From NCBI GenBank assembly GCA_016742295.1, contig JACVCA010000001.1:1-30805 (forward strand): DNA of 30,805 bases, read 5' to 3'. This document shows, in pieces, positions 1 to 8,475 of this stretch (within the stretch, counting starts at the first letter, position 1; every line of letters starts with the position of its first letter). Under the pieces are notes generated by a model. That model was not told the DNA's origin and made no database searches. It saw nothing but the letters and a program-made list of their open reading frames with translations. Position numbers and translations under genes: made by a program. This stretch comes from Alphaproteobacteria bacterium (lineage in GTDB: Bacteria; Pseudomonadota; Alphaproteobacteria; JAGOMX01).

Positions 1-1881
1 GTGCTTAGCAAGCTCATCTATTAAAAGATAGACTTCGGAAATAATCCAACGATTAATGGGATGCACAGTCTCTTGAGGCTTAAACCTTTCCTCCCACTGA
101 CATTGATTGTTCTCACACTAACGAAATGCATTCCAAATTTTGGTTGCAAAGTTTCGGTAGCCTTCAACTTGAGAGATCGAAAAATTGATATCACGTCCAG
201 GACCTGCAAGAGCTGCTAAAGCAAAGCGCAAAGCATCTGCGCCATATTTATCCATAAATTCCAAAGGATCCACGATATTGCCTTTGGATTTGGACATTTT
301 CTGGCCTTTTTCATCGCGCACTAGTGCAGTGATATAGACTTTTTCAAACGGCACTTGGCCAGTAAAATGCAGCCCCATCATCATCATACGGGCAACCCAG
401 AAGAAAATGATATCATGGCCTGTAACCAAGACTTGCGTTGGATAACAAATTTTTAATTCAGGCGTTTGATTAGGCCACCCAAGTGTTGAAAATGGCCACA
501 ATGCTGAAGAAAACCAAGTATCAAGGACATCTTCATCCTGGTTCAAGGAGACAGTTTTTCCATAATGCTTTTGTGCTTGTTCTTGCGCTTCTGCTTCATT
601 CATTGCAGCAAAAATAGTCCCATCAGGACCATACCACGCTGGAATACGATGACCCCACCATAATTGGCGGGAAATACACCAGGGCTCAATATTATTAAGC
701 CATTCAAAATAGGTTGTCGCCCAATTTTCCGGAATAAAGCTCATCTTGCCGTCTTGAACTGCTCGAATTGCAGGCTCAGCCAACACTTTGGCATTTACAT
801 ACCACTGATCGGTCAAACGGGGTTCAATAATAACCTCAGAGCGTTCTCCATAAGGCAAGGTATGTACAATAGCTTCAACTTTATCAAGTAATCCCAAGCT
901 TTCGAGTTTTGATACTATAGCCTTTCGAGCTACAAACCGATCTAATCCTCTTAAATCTTCAGGGGCTTCATCGTTCAAACAGGCATTTTCATCAAAGATA
1001 TTAATGCTTGGTAAATTGTGACGTTTACCAACAGCAAAATCATTAAAATCGTGAGCAGGTGTAATTTTCACTACACCTGTTCCCTTTTCCGGATCACAGT
1101 GCTCATCAGAGATAATAGAGATGAGACGCCCCACTAAGGGGACCACCACACTTTTTCCTACAAGATGTTGATAGCGTTTATCCTCAGGATGAATAGCCAC
1201 TGCTGTATCGCCTAAAAGCGTTTCGGGACGTGTCGTTGCAATTGTAATAAAGTGGTCTTTCTCACCATGAATGGGGTAGCGAATATACCACATATGGCCT
1301 TGAGACTCGACATTGTTTACTTCAAGATCAGACACGGCTGTATGCAGTTTTGGATCCCAGTTGACAAGCCGCTTATCTTTATAAATCAAGCCTTGTTGAT
1401 AGAGATCAGCAAAAACACGATTTACTGCCAGACTTAAGCCGTCATCCATCGTAAAACGCTCGCGAGACCAATCAGCCGAAATACCCAACCGCTTTAATTG
1501 AGAGACGATGGTTCCCCCTGATTGCGCTTTCCAAGTCCAAACACGATCAATAAATTTTTTTCGCCCTAAATCATGCCGGGTCAAACCTTCTGTATCCATT
1601 TGACGTTCAACAACCATTTGAGTTGCAATACCTGCATGGTCAGTTCCTGGTTGCCATAGCACATTAAATCCCTTCATTCGCATATATCGTACGAGAATAT
1701 CTTGAAGCGTATGATTAAGGGCATGTCCCATATGAAGGCTTCCTGTCACATTGGGAGGCGGCATCATAATGGTATAAGGTTGGGCTGTGCTGTCTGCTTG
1801 AAACGTAAATGCTTTTGAAGCTTCCCACCGAGCATACTGCGTAGATTCAATAGAGGAGGGATGATAGGTCTTTTCAAGCAT
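1..1881 (-). CDS. valS: Valine--tRNA ligase, 3'-truncated by the window edge and interrupted by an in-frame TAG at 118-120
   Basis: HIGH motif ([10 protein letters not shown]), KMSKS ([10 protein letters not shown]), [25 protein letters not shown]. After WNAFR* the same frame stays open to base 1 as [39 protein letters not shown], which resembles the start of the ValRS anticodon-binding region (NRWI). Confidence 0.97.
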
Positions 1882-1902
1882 AATAATGAATAAATAAAAT
1901 AA

Positions 1903-2586
1903 CTATAAGGCTGTACTTTCTTGCTTTTCTTTCAATAGCTTTTCAATTTGCTCAGCAACCACCCACTTAACGAGCGACGGCAGATGAGCATCCATCCACG
2001 TCTTCAGCATTGGCTTCATAATGGCAAGCATGAACTCTTCCATCGTCTGTTGACCAAATGAGCCATTACTAATCATGTCGTGGACTTTCTCATTGAGCTT
2101 ATTCAAATCTTTTAAAGCGGCGACAGATTTTTGAACAGTTTCAGGGGAGAAAATTGCTTCTTGACGGCTGTGATCAGAGAGAGGGGTTTGATCATCATGG
2201 GGTAATGATTGAGACTGGCTTGTACTTTCTTCTTCTGCATCAACCAAATCCAAAATGTTTTCATAAGATTCACTTAGATTAGGGCCTATTTCAGAGGCAT
2301 TTTTCATATCAACTTTCCTCTCTTGCTTTGGCTTGAGGCGAACCACAGTTCCATCGTGACTTAAAACATCAGTTAAATCAAGGACATCTTCATTTAAAGC
2401 TTGGACTTTAAAAGAGTTATGCTTAGCAATCACTTGAGGAGGACGAGACTTAGAGCTGTGAGTCTCATGATTCTCAATATCCTCAGAAATAATCTGGCGA
2501 ATTGAAGCTAGAACCTCTTCCATTGAAGTCTCATTTTCAATATTAACTTTACTCATTAAATTTTGATCCTCTTCAGTCTTATCCAT
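1903..2586 (-). CDS. popZ: Polar organizing protein PopZ (DUF2497 family)
   Basis: N-terminal SMEEVLASIRQIISED and C-terminal TMEEFMLAIMKPMLKTWMDAHLPSLVKWVVAEQIEK match the PopZ helices, with an acidic low-complexity linker; usual tolC-popZ-valS synteny. Start could be the ATG at 2556. Confidence 0.9.
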   Translation of the reverse strand: MDKTEEDQNLMSKVNIENETSMEEVLASIRQIISEDIENHETHSSKSRPPQVIAKHNSFKVQALNEDVLDLTDVLSHDGTVVRLKPKQERKVDMKNASEIGPNLSESYENILDLVDAEEESTSQSQSLPHDDQTPLSDHSRQEAIFSPETVQKSVAALKDLNKLNEKVHDMISNGSFGQQTMEEFMLAIMKPMLKTWMDAHLPSLVKWVVAEQIEKLLKEKQESTAL

Positions 2587-2603
2587 TGCTAAGCTCTCTC
2601 GTG

Positions 2604-4151
2604 CTAGTATCCAATAAAGGTCTGCTTGGCTTCTTCAAGATGGCCTTTAATATCATAGTTTTCAACAGGAAGACGTAAATTTTTGGCCGTTAATTGTCCG
2701 ACAGCCGCAAGCACCTTATATTGATTTACGCGCTCATCACGGGTTGCTTGGAGAAGCGCCAACTGCGCCCTTAAAAAGTCTTTTTGAGCATCAAGTGCTT
2801 CGACATAAGCTCGCTCTCCAACTTCTGCTTCTAAAAGCGCCCCATCCCGCGCTCTTTCTGCTGCTTTAAGTTGTACTAATACACTTTCAACTTTCTGTTT
2901 AGCAGCAATCCAATCTTCCCAAGCAGTAATTGCAGCTTCAACCGTATCTTTACGCGCACGTTCAAGGTCAAAGCGCGCTTGCGCAGCTTTGTAGGCTCTT
3001 TGACGGATCGTGGCATATTCTCCCCCACCTTGATAAAGAGGAATTGTTAACTTAACAACTGCAGAAGCATTGTTTGATCTATCACGCGAGCTCCGCTGGT
3101 GTAAATAACGTGCTGCCCCTCCTTGAATATCGATTTTTGGCAACAACGCACCACTTGCTGCATCGACATCATTTTTAGCACTTTGTTCATTATAAATAGC
3201 CTGCAAGATTGCCGGATTCAAATCTTTTGCCATCGCTACGAGCGCATCACGTGAAACCGGCAATCCTTCTAAAGGTTTAGGTTGCACAAGGAGGCCAGGT
3301 TTGGCACCTATTACAGTCTGATATTTTGCCACAGTTTTCTGGAGGTCAGCTTCAGCATCAGAAAGTGCAGCCGTAGCTTCAGCCAACCGCGATTCAGCTT
3401 GTGCTTGATTGGTTAAGGTCTTGTCCCCCACTTCAACTGCCACCTTTAGAGCTTGTAGTTGTTCCTTCAGAAAACTCTCATTTTCCTTATTGATCTCAAC
3501 AGCTTTTTCTCTAAATATGACATCCATGTAAGTAGAAATTGCTGCGAAAAGAACTGCTTGTTCAGTATTTAAATAATCATACTGTCCAGCTAACGCTTGA
3601 TTTTCACTGCTTTCTTTATTTGCAAGATCAGTCCCGCCATTGTAAATTGACTGGCTTATATTCAAACCTGCACTTGAGGAATGAATTGTCCTACGGTCCC
3701 TTTCTCTTGCACGAGCATTAGGACTTGGATTCAGAGCAAAAGTCTGATTTTCTGTACGATTGATTCCAGTATCTGTATTGACACTAAGCTTAGGGCGAAA
3801 CTCTCCTAAACTTCTCGAAACTTGTTCGTCACGGGATTTTTGCTCTTCAACTTTACTGCGTAATTGGCTGTTGGTCATATATGCAGAAACTAATGCATCA
3901 AGGAAAGGGTTAATCTTTTCCGAGGGTCCTGCTTTAGCAACTTGATATTCACTAAGCTCTGTTTTTGCATAGGGATTTTCCACTGCCGTAGGAGAGTTGA
4001 TTACAGGTGGCAATGTCTCTGTAGCAGCAATAACTTTATGTTTTCCGGATATGAATGAGCCTAGACTTATATAAAGGAAAGTATACACTATCCACTTTTT
4101 TGGCTGCAAAGATATACAACAATAATTTAAATACATTTGCTGGTTTTTCAT
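2604..4151 (-). CDS. tolC: TolC-family outer membrane efflux channel
   Basis: ALVSAYMTN..L, two OEP repeats, LTIPLYQGG, GERAYVEALDAQ, VLAAVGQLTA. Start codon uncertain. Confidence 0.92.
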   Translation of the reverse strand: MKNQQMYLNYCCISLQPKKWIVYTFLYISLGSFISGKHKVIAATETLPPVINSPTAVENPYAKTELSEYQVAKAGPSEKINPFLDALVSAYMTNSQLRSKVEEQKSRDEQVSRSLGEFRPKLSVNTDTGINRTENQTFALNPSPNARARERDRRTIHSSSAGLNISQSIYNGGTDLANKESSENQALAGQYDYLNTEQAVLFAAISTYMDVIFREKAVEINKENESFLKEQLQALKVAVEVGDKTLTNQAQAESRLAEATAALSDAEADLQKTVAKYQTVIGAKPGLLVQPKPLEGLPVSRDALVAMAKDLNPAILQAIYNEQSAKNDVDAASGALLPKIDIQGGAARYLHQRSSRDRSNNASAVVKLTIPLYQGGGEYATIRQRAYKAAQARFDLERARKDTVEAAITAWEDWIAAKQKVESVLVQLKAAERARDGALLEAEVGERAYVEALDAQKDFLRAQLALLQATRDERVNQYKVLAAVGQLTAKNLRLPVENYDIKGHLEEAKQTFIGY

Positions 4152-4160
4152 CCTTATTCT

Positions 4161-4490
4161 TTAGTAAACTGGCATCGTAAAATCAATTTGTCGAGCCCAG
4201 GCATCAATGCCACCGGCTAAACTTACCACATCTTTAAATCCTTGTTCGCGTAGAAATAAACATGCGTTTAAACTGCGAACTCCCATGTGACATAATGTAA
4301 CGTACTTTTTATCTTTTGCAAGCTGATCAACTTCTTCTCTAAGTAGCTTAAGGGGGATATTTACATGTTCTGGGAAAGATGCCAAGCGTATTTCGAAGGG
4401 CTCGCGTACATCCAACAATATATAGGCCTCATTAGATGCTCGCAAGCGCGCAAAATTTTCTAATGAAATTTCTAAAACTTCATGAACCAT
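4161..4490 (-). CDS. Single-domain rhodanese/sulfurtransferase
   Basis: ILLDVREPFE, HVNIPL, active-site loop CHMGVRS, SLAGGIDAWARQIDFTMPVY (MoeB-type rhodanese C-terminus). Confidence 0.9.
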   Translation of the reverse strand: MVHEVLEISLENFARLRASNEAYILLDVREPFEIRLASFPEHVNIPLKLLREEVDQLAKDKKYVTLCHMGVRSLNACLFLREQGFKDVVSLAGGIDAWARQIDFTMPVY

Positions 4491-4508
4491 AAGATATCTT
4501 TATCATAC

Positions 4509-5159
4509 TCAAAAAACAAAGCGAGTGGGCAGAGAAAACTCTGGCAATGGACAAGGGGCGCAATCAAATATACTACGTTTGGAAATTAAACCATCTTGTT
4601 TTAGCAGCGTGGTTGCTTTACCAAGCTTTTCCTGTATCCACTCAATATAAGCCATTCTCCCACCCTCAGCGAGTTGAGTAAATAACTCCTCAGGAAGCCT
4701 TTGCACCCCCCCTTCAATGAGAATGGCTTGATAGGGTTTCTTTTGGGCAGTACCTCCCCAAAGGTCAGCTTTAACAATATTTTTTAAGAACTTAGGAAGA
4801 GGTGTAAGTAGATCAAGCGCTTGATCAACAAGCTTCGCATCACTCTCGAGCCCTGTTACTGAGACTGCTAGATTTTTTAAGAGCATCAACGAATATCCTG
4901 TCGTACAGCCTATCACCAATACGTTATCTTTAGGTTTAAGGGCTAGAGCTTGAATCAGCCGCGCCAGCACCATTGGCCGCAGCATAAAACGACCACTTGA
5001 AAAATAAAGTTCATCGTCTACATAAGCTACCTTTTGATCTGGCACAAAGAGTTCACGAGGAATTTCATGGAAAGCTTCCAAAAGTAACTGGTCAGTTACC
5101 TGATTAGAGCGAAGCTGACCATCAACCATGGCCTGACGCATTGTTTGAAAATCGAACAT
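4509..5159 (-). CDS. pcm: Protein-L-isoaspartate O-methyltransferase family protein
   Basis: RQAMVDGQLRSNQVTD, IPRELFVP, SAM motif VLVIGCTTGYS, PYQAILIEGGV, QLAEGGRM, LPEF...FVF; typical position upstream of tolC. Confidence 0.88.
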   Translation of the reverse strand: MFDFQTMRQAMVDGQLRSNQVTDQLLLEAFHEIPRELFVPDQKVAYVDDELYFSSGRFMLRPMVLARLIQALALKPKDNVLVIGCTTGYSLMLLKNLAVSVTGLESDAKLVDQALDLLTPLPKFLKNIVKADLWGGTAQKKPYQAILIEGGVQRLPEELFTQLAEGGRMAYIEWIQEKLGKATTLLKQDGLISKRSIFDCAPCPLPEFSLPTRFVF

Positions 5160-5309
5160 AAGTTACAAACCTTTATAAAATGAATTTTTCAATAGTTTTT
5201 ACGCTACCCTTAAGCCATTGGGCAACCTTTTGACCATATTCAAAGTCATCTATGCTCACCTTAATGATTTTTACAAGTTTTTGCTACGTTTTTAAAGAAG
5301 GATGCTTTT

Positions 5310-5483
5310 TCCTTGTCTCAAGTTGCCATAAAAAAGGTACCGAAATACCTCCAGCTTATGCGATTATTTTTCACATAAGATTACGACAATCTTGCCGCAT
5401 TTTAAGTGAATTTCTCTCTCTAATCAAACCTAGCTGGGATGCTCTCAGCTTCAGAGTTTATGGCAAAATAACAAGAATTTCAT
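5310..5483 (-). ncRNA. Candidate structured small RNA or leader RNA, family unknown
   Basis: Upstream TTGAAG-N17-TAATAT, several hairpins with G-U pairs mostly on the minus strand, a UUCG-capped hairpin plus U-run, and 5'/3' end pairing (TTGCCATAAA/TTTATGGCAA). No match to a family I recognise. Confidence 0.4.
5330..5350 (-). terminator. Probable intrinsic terminator
   Basis: Minus strand AGGTAT-TTCG-GTACCT followed by TTTTTA: 6-bp stem with one G-U, UUCG loop, U-tract. Confidence 0.55.
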
Positions 5484-5488
5484 GATTT

Positions 5489-5517
5489 ATATTATAAAAG
5501 GATAAATAGATCTTCAA
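5489..5517 (-). promoter_or_regulatory. Putative sigma70 promoter
   Basis: Minus strand TTGAAG (5517-5512), 17-nt spacer, TAATAT (5494-5489); an overlapping TATAAT lies at 5496-5491. The AT-rich context raises the chance-match rate. Confidence 0.4.
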
Positions 5518-5603
5518 TCTCCAATTCTTACCTGTTAGCTTTTTAGGCTTTGAAGGTTTTGCTCATCTTTTAACCCTTAAATAATTACTTTAATAATTAC
5601 TTT

Positions 5604-7118
5604 TTAAACGGCCATTTTGCGGTAGCTTAAAGCTTCAGCAACATGAGATTTTGCAATAGCCTCAGTTCCCTCAAGATCAGCCAAGGTGCGGGCCACTCGA
5701 ATGACCCGATGATAACCACGCGCAGAAAGCTTAAGTTTTTCAGCAGCTTTGCTTAAGAGAGTTTGGCTTTCTGCTTCAAGGGGAGCTGCTTCTTGTAGGA
5801 TTTGTCCATCAGCTTCGGCGTTACAACGTATTTTTAAACTTCCATTATACTTAGCATAGCGGTCATTTTGTAATTTACGCGCTCTTAAAACCCTTGTTGC
5901 CACCTGCAGACTTGTTTCTGCAGGCGGTGCAAGGTTCAAATCGTTAATACTGGCTGCAGGAACTTCAATATGCAAATCAATGCGATCATAAAGGGGACCT
6001 GAAATTTTGGCTTGATACTGCATAGCGCAACGTGGGGCACGCGAACAGGCGCGCTTTTCATCACTTAAATACCCGCAATGACAAGGATTCATAGCTGCAA
6101 TCAACTGAACACGAGCTGGATAAACAACGTGTGCATTGGCACGCGCGATGACCGCACGCCCAGTTTCAAGAGGTTGACGTAAAGCTTCTAAGGTAGTACG
6201 TGAAAATTCAGGTAATTCATCCAAGAACAATACCCCAAGATGGGCTAAAGAGACTTCTCCAGGTTGTGCTCTCAACCCACCTCCCACTAAAGCCGGTAAC
6301 GAAGCTGAATGGTGGGGGTCACGAAAGGGCCTCTCGCGCATCAGCTTGCCATCTTGCAATCGACCTGAAATACTATGGATCATTGTGACCTCAAGCGCTT
6401 CAACTGCACTTAAAGGCGGCAAGATTCCGGGCAAACGTGCAGCAAGCATCGATTTTCCTGAGCCTGGTGGGCCACTCATTAAAAGACTATGTCCACCAGC
6501 TGCTGCTACTTCCAAAGCACGTTTTGCGAACATTTGTCCTTTAATATCTGCTAAATCAAGCCTATGAGCCGGAAGATCAACAATCAAGGGTTCGGGAGGA
6601 CTCAAGACTTGTGTGCCTTTAAAATGATTAATTAAGGCTAAAAGACTAGGCGCAGCAATAATCTCAATTCCTTCAGCCCATGCAGCTTCACCTCCCCCCT
6701 TTTCAGGGCAAATAATACCTTGATTACGGCTCGCAGCATTTAAGGCGGCTAACAATAATCCTGCAGTTGCTGTTAAGCAACCATCCAATCCCAGTTCACC
6801 CAAGGACGTAAAAGCATTCATCTCATCGGCCGGTAAAATCCCCATACTAACCAAAAGTCCTAATGCAATCGGCAAGTCATAGTGACTACCTTCTTTCTGT
6901 AAGTCTGCCGGAGATAAATTAACCGTTATCCTTTTAGGAGGCAGAGAGAGGCCTAGATTGTGAAGAGCCGCGTAAACCCTTTCACCTGATTCACCTACTG
7001 CTTTATCAGGCAACCCAACTATCTTAAAACTAGGCAGCCCCGGTGACATTTGCACCTGGACATCAATAGGAATGGCCTCAAGCCCTTGAAAAGCAACGGT
7101 TGTAACATGAGAAACCAT
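5604..7118 (-). CDS. comM: YifB/ComM Mg-chelatase-like AAA+ ATPase
   Basis: IVGLPDKAVGES, RITVNLSPADLQKEGSHYDLPIALG, Walker A GPPGSGKS, PFRDPHHSAS, GVLFLDELPEF, AAMNPCHCG, LSARGYHRVIRVARTLADL. Confidence 0.96.
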   Translation of the reverse strand: MVSHVTTVAFQGLEAIPIDVQVQMSPGLPSFKIVGLPDKAVGESGERVYAALHNLGLSLPPKRITVNLSPADLQKEGSHYDLPIALGLLVSMGILPADEMNAFTSLGELGLDGCLTATAGLLLAALNAASRNQGIICPEKGGGEAAWAEGIEIIAAPSLLALINHFKGTQVLSPPEPLIVDLPAHRLDLADIKGQMFAKRALEVAAAGGHSLLMSGPPGSGKSMLAARLPGILPPLSAVEALEVTMIHSISGRLQDGKLMRERPFRDPHHSASLPALVGGGLRAQPGEVSLAHLGVLFLDELPEFSRTTLEALRQPLETGRAVIARANAHVVYPARVQLIAAMNPCHCGYLSDEKRACSRAPRCAMQYQAKISGPLYDRIDLHIEVPAASINDLNLAPPAETSLQVATRVLRARKLQNDRYAKYNGSLKIRCNAEADGQILQEAAPLEAESQTLLSKAAEKLKLSARGYHRVIRVARTLADLEGTEAIAKSHVAEALSYRKMAV

Positions 7119-7261
7119 AATTTTTGAAACTTATTGAAAGCTATCAAAATTATAAATTAAAAGCCTTATTTTCTTTTCTCCGCGGACATCAAATCTTTTA
7201 ATAATAAATTGTTTGCTAAGCATATTGCCCCTTTCATAAAGAACCTCAAGTTCTCAAGATC

Positions 7262-7292
7262 CTATAATATTGACTTTTTGTCAATATTATAG
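7262..7292. promoter_or_regulatory. Perfect 13-bp inverted repeat, putative operator or hairpin
   Basis: CTATAATATTGAC-TTTTT-GTCAATATTATAG, between the BON gene stop and the comM start. Confidence 0.45.
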
Positions 7293-7334
7293 TTGAAAAG
7301 CCCTTTTAATTCTAAATCCTTATAATATTCTAAA

Positions 7335-8081
7335 TTATTGAGCTAAGGGGGCAGGAAAACCAGGTGATTGAAGACCAATATCATTTACTACGGGGGTAGG
7401 CTGTTCATACTGTAGCCCTGCCCCCTGATAGGACACCCCTAGAGGTTGAGGAGACAGATCACTATAATAGGATTGATTTGCAGACGTGTCAGACGAGATA
7501 TTCCCTTTCAAGCGCACATAATTTACAATGTTTTTAACACCACTGACAGAGCGTGCAATTTCAAGGACACGGTCTAATTCTTTCTGATTTTGAGCAATAC
7601 CCATGAGGTAAATCACCCCATCGACTGTTTTAATTGTGTAATTAATAGAGTGTGTATCACCTTCAAACATTAATGCAGTCTTGAGCTTGGCAGTAATCCA
7701 AGCATCACTTGCATAACCTCCAAAACCGCTACCTTCACCAATTTTTGTGTCATCAATTACTTCGCGCACGCCGCTTATAGTCCATACTAAACGCACAGCA
7801 TCAATCTGGCGCTGAACTGTATCAACTTGGCCTGTCAAAAGAACTTTTCCTTCTCGCACTGTAAGCTCAACCATTTCTGAAATTTGTGGATCGTAATCAA
7901 ACCAAGCAGCATTAATAGCGGTGCGGATACTTGTATCACTGACAACCTTACCAAGCCCACGTTCTTCAATGGCTGATGAACCCACTAAAGCCCCTGCTCC
8001 AACTACAGCCACAGGGACACATCCCTGAAGCAAGAGAGAGGGAGCAATTATAGAAAATATACCTAATAACTTGTATAACAT
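7335..8081 (-). CDS. Dual-BON-domain lipoprotein (DolP/YraP/OsmY-like)
   Basis: Lipobox LQGC, two BON domains (VREGKVLLTGQV; DAWITAKLKTAL..TVDGVIYLMG..ARSVSGVKNIVNYV); follows yraN as in the yraLMNOP-type cluster. Confidence 0.9.
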   Translation of the reverse strand: MLYKLLGIFSIIAPSLLLQGCVPVAVVGAGALVGSSAIEERGLGKVVSDTSIRTAINAAWFDYDPQISEMVELTVREGKVLLTGQVDTVQRQIDAVRLVWTISGVREVIDDTKIGEGSGFGGYASDAWITAKLKTALMFEGDTHSINYTIKTVDGVIYLMGIAQNQKELDRVLEIARSVSGVKNIVNYVRLKGNISSDTSANQSYYSDLSPQPLGVSYQGAGLQYEQPTPVVNDIGLQSPGFPAPLAQ

Positions 8082-8109
8082 CGGTTCAAACTCCTCGTAA
8101 CAGTAAGTT

Positions 8110-8475
8110 CTATTTAAGCTGCCATGCGTTCTGCATATGATAAGGCCAGCGCCAAGGCCTTACAACCATAACATCAAATCGACAGATATTATTATGCATA
8201 TTAGGCTGATATGATAAATAAAATAATGCAGCCTTGCTAATTCTTTTCTGTTGATGAGAAGTGACTGCGAATATGCCTGTACTTAGATCATTTCTCGCTT
8301 TAACTTCAATAAAGATTAGGACTTTTCGTCGTTTTGCAATGATATCGATCTCACCTAAGGGCGTACGAAAACGTCGTGCATGAATTCGATATCCTTTCAG
8401 ACGTAAAAACCAAACACACAAGGTTTCTGCTTTATGACCGCGTTGAAAAGCCTGTTGTCTTTTAGCTTGGTTCAT
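8110..8475 (-). CDS. yraN: YraN family (UPF0102) putative endonuclease
   Basis: GHKAE, LRLKGYRIHARRFRTPLGEIDIIA, IFIEVKAR, RFDVMVV. Start placed at the ATG overlapping the rsmI stop rather than the upstream GTG (8529) of the ORF track. Confidence 0.93.
   Translation of the reverse strand: MNQAKRQQAFQRGHKAETLCVWFLRLKGYRIHARRFRTPLGEIDIIAKRRKVLIFIEVKARNDLSTGIFAVTSHQQKRISKAALFYLSYQPNMHNNICRFDVMVVRPWRWPYHMQNAWQLK

Noticed and set aside
21-209. 62-aa ORF as a frameshifted continuation of valS
   Set aside because: Its translation is not ValRS-like; the real continuation is in the original frame past the TAG.
5230-5243. FNR/FixK-like box TTGAC-CATA-TTCAA upstream of pcm
   Set aside because: Two mismatches to TTGAT-N4-ATCAA in AT-rich DNA and no supporting context.
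5252-5485. 77-aa plus-strand ORF in the comM-pcm gap
   Set aside because: No clear SD, no recognisable family or signal; structural asymmetry favours a minus-strand RNA.
5160-5603. tRNA, 6S RNA, SRP RNA, T-box, TPP or glycine riboswitch in this gap
   Set aside because: No cloverleaf or T-loop. GCTGAGA and CTCTCAG words occur, but the other conserved TPP (ACCTGAT) and glycine (GGAGA...CCGAAG) elements and the T-box GGTGGTACC are missing.
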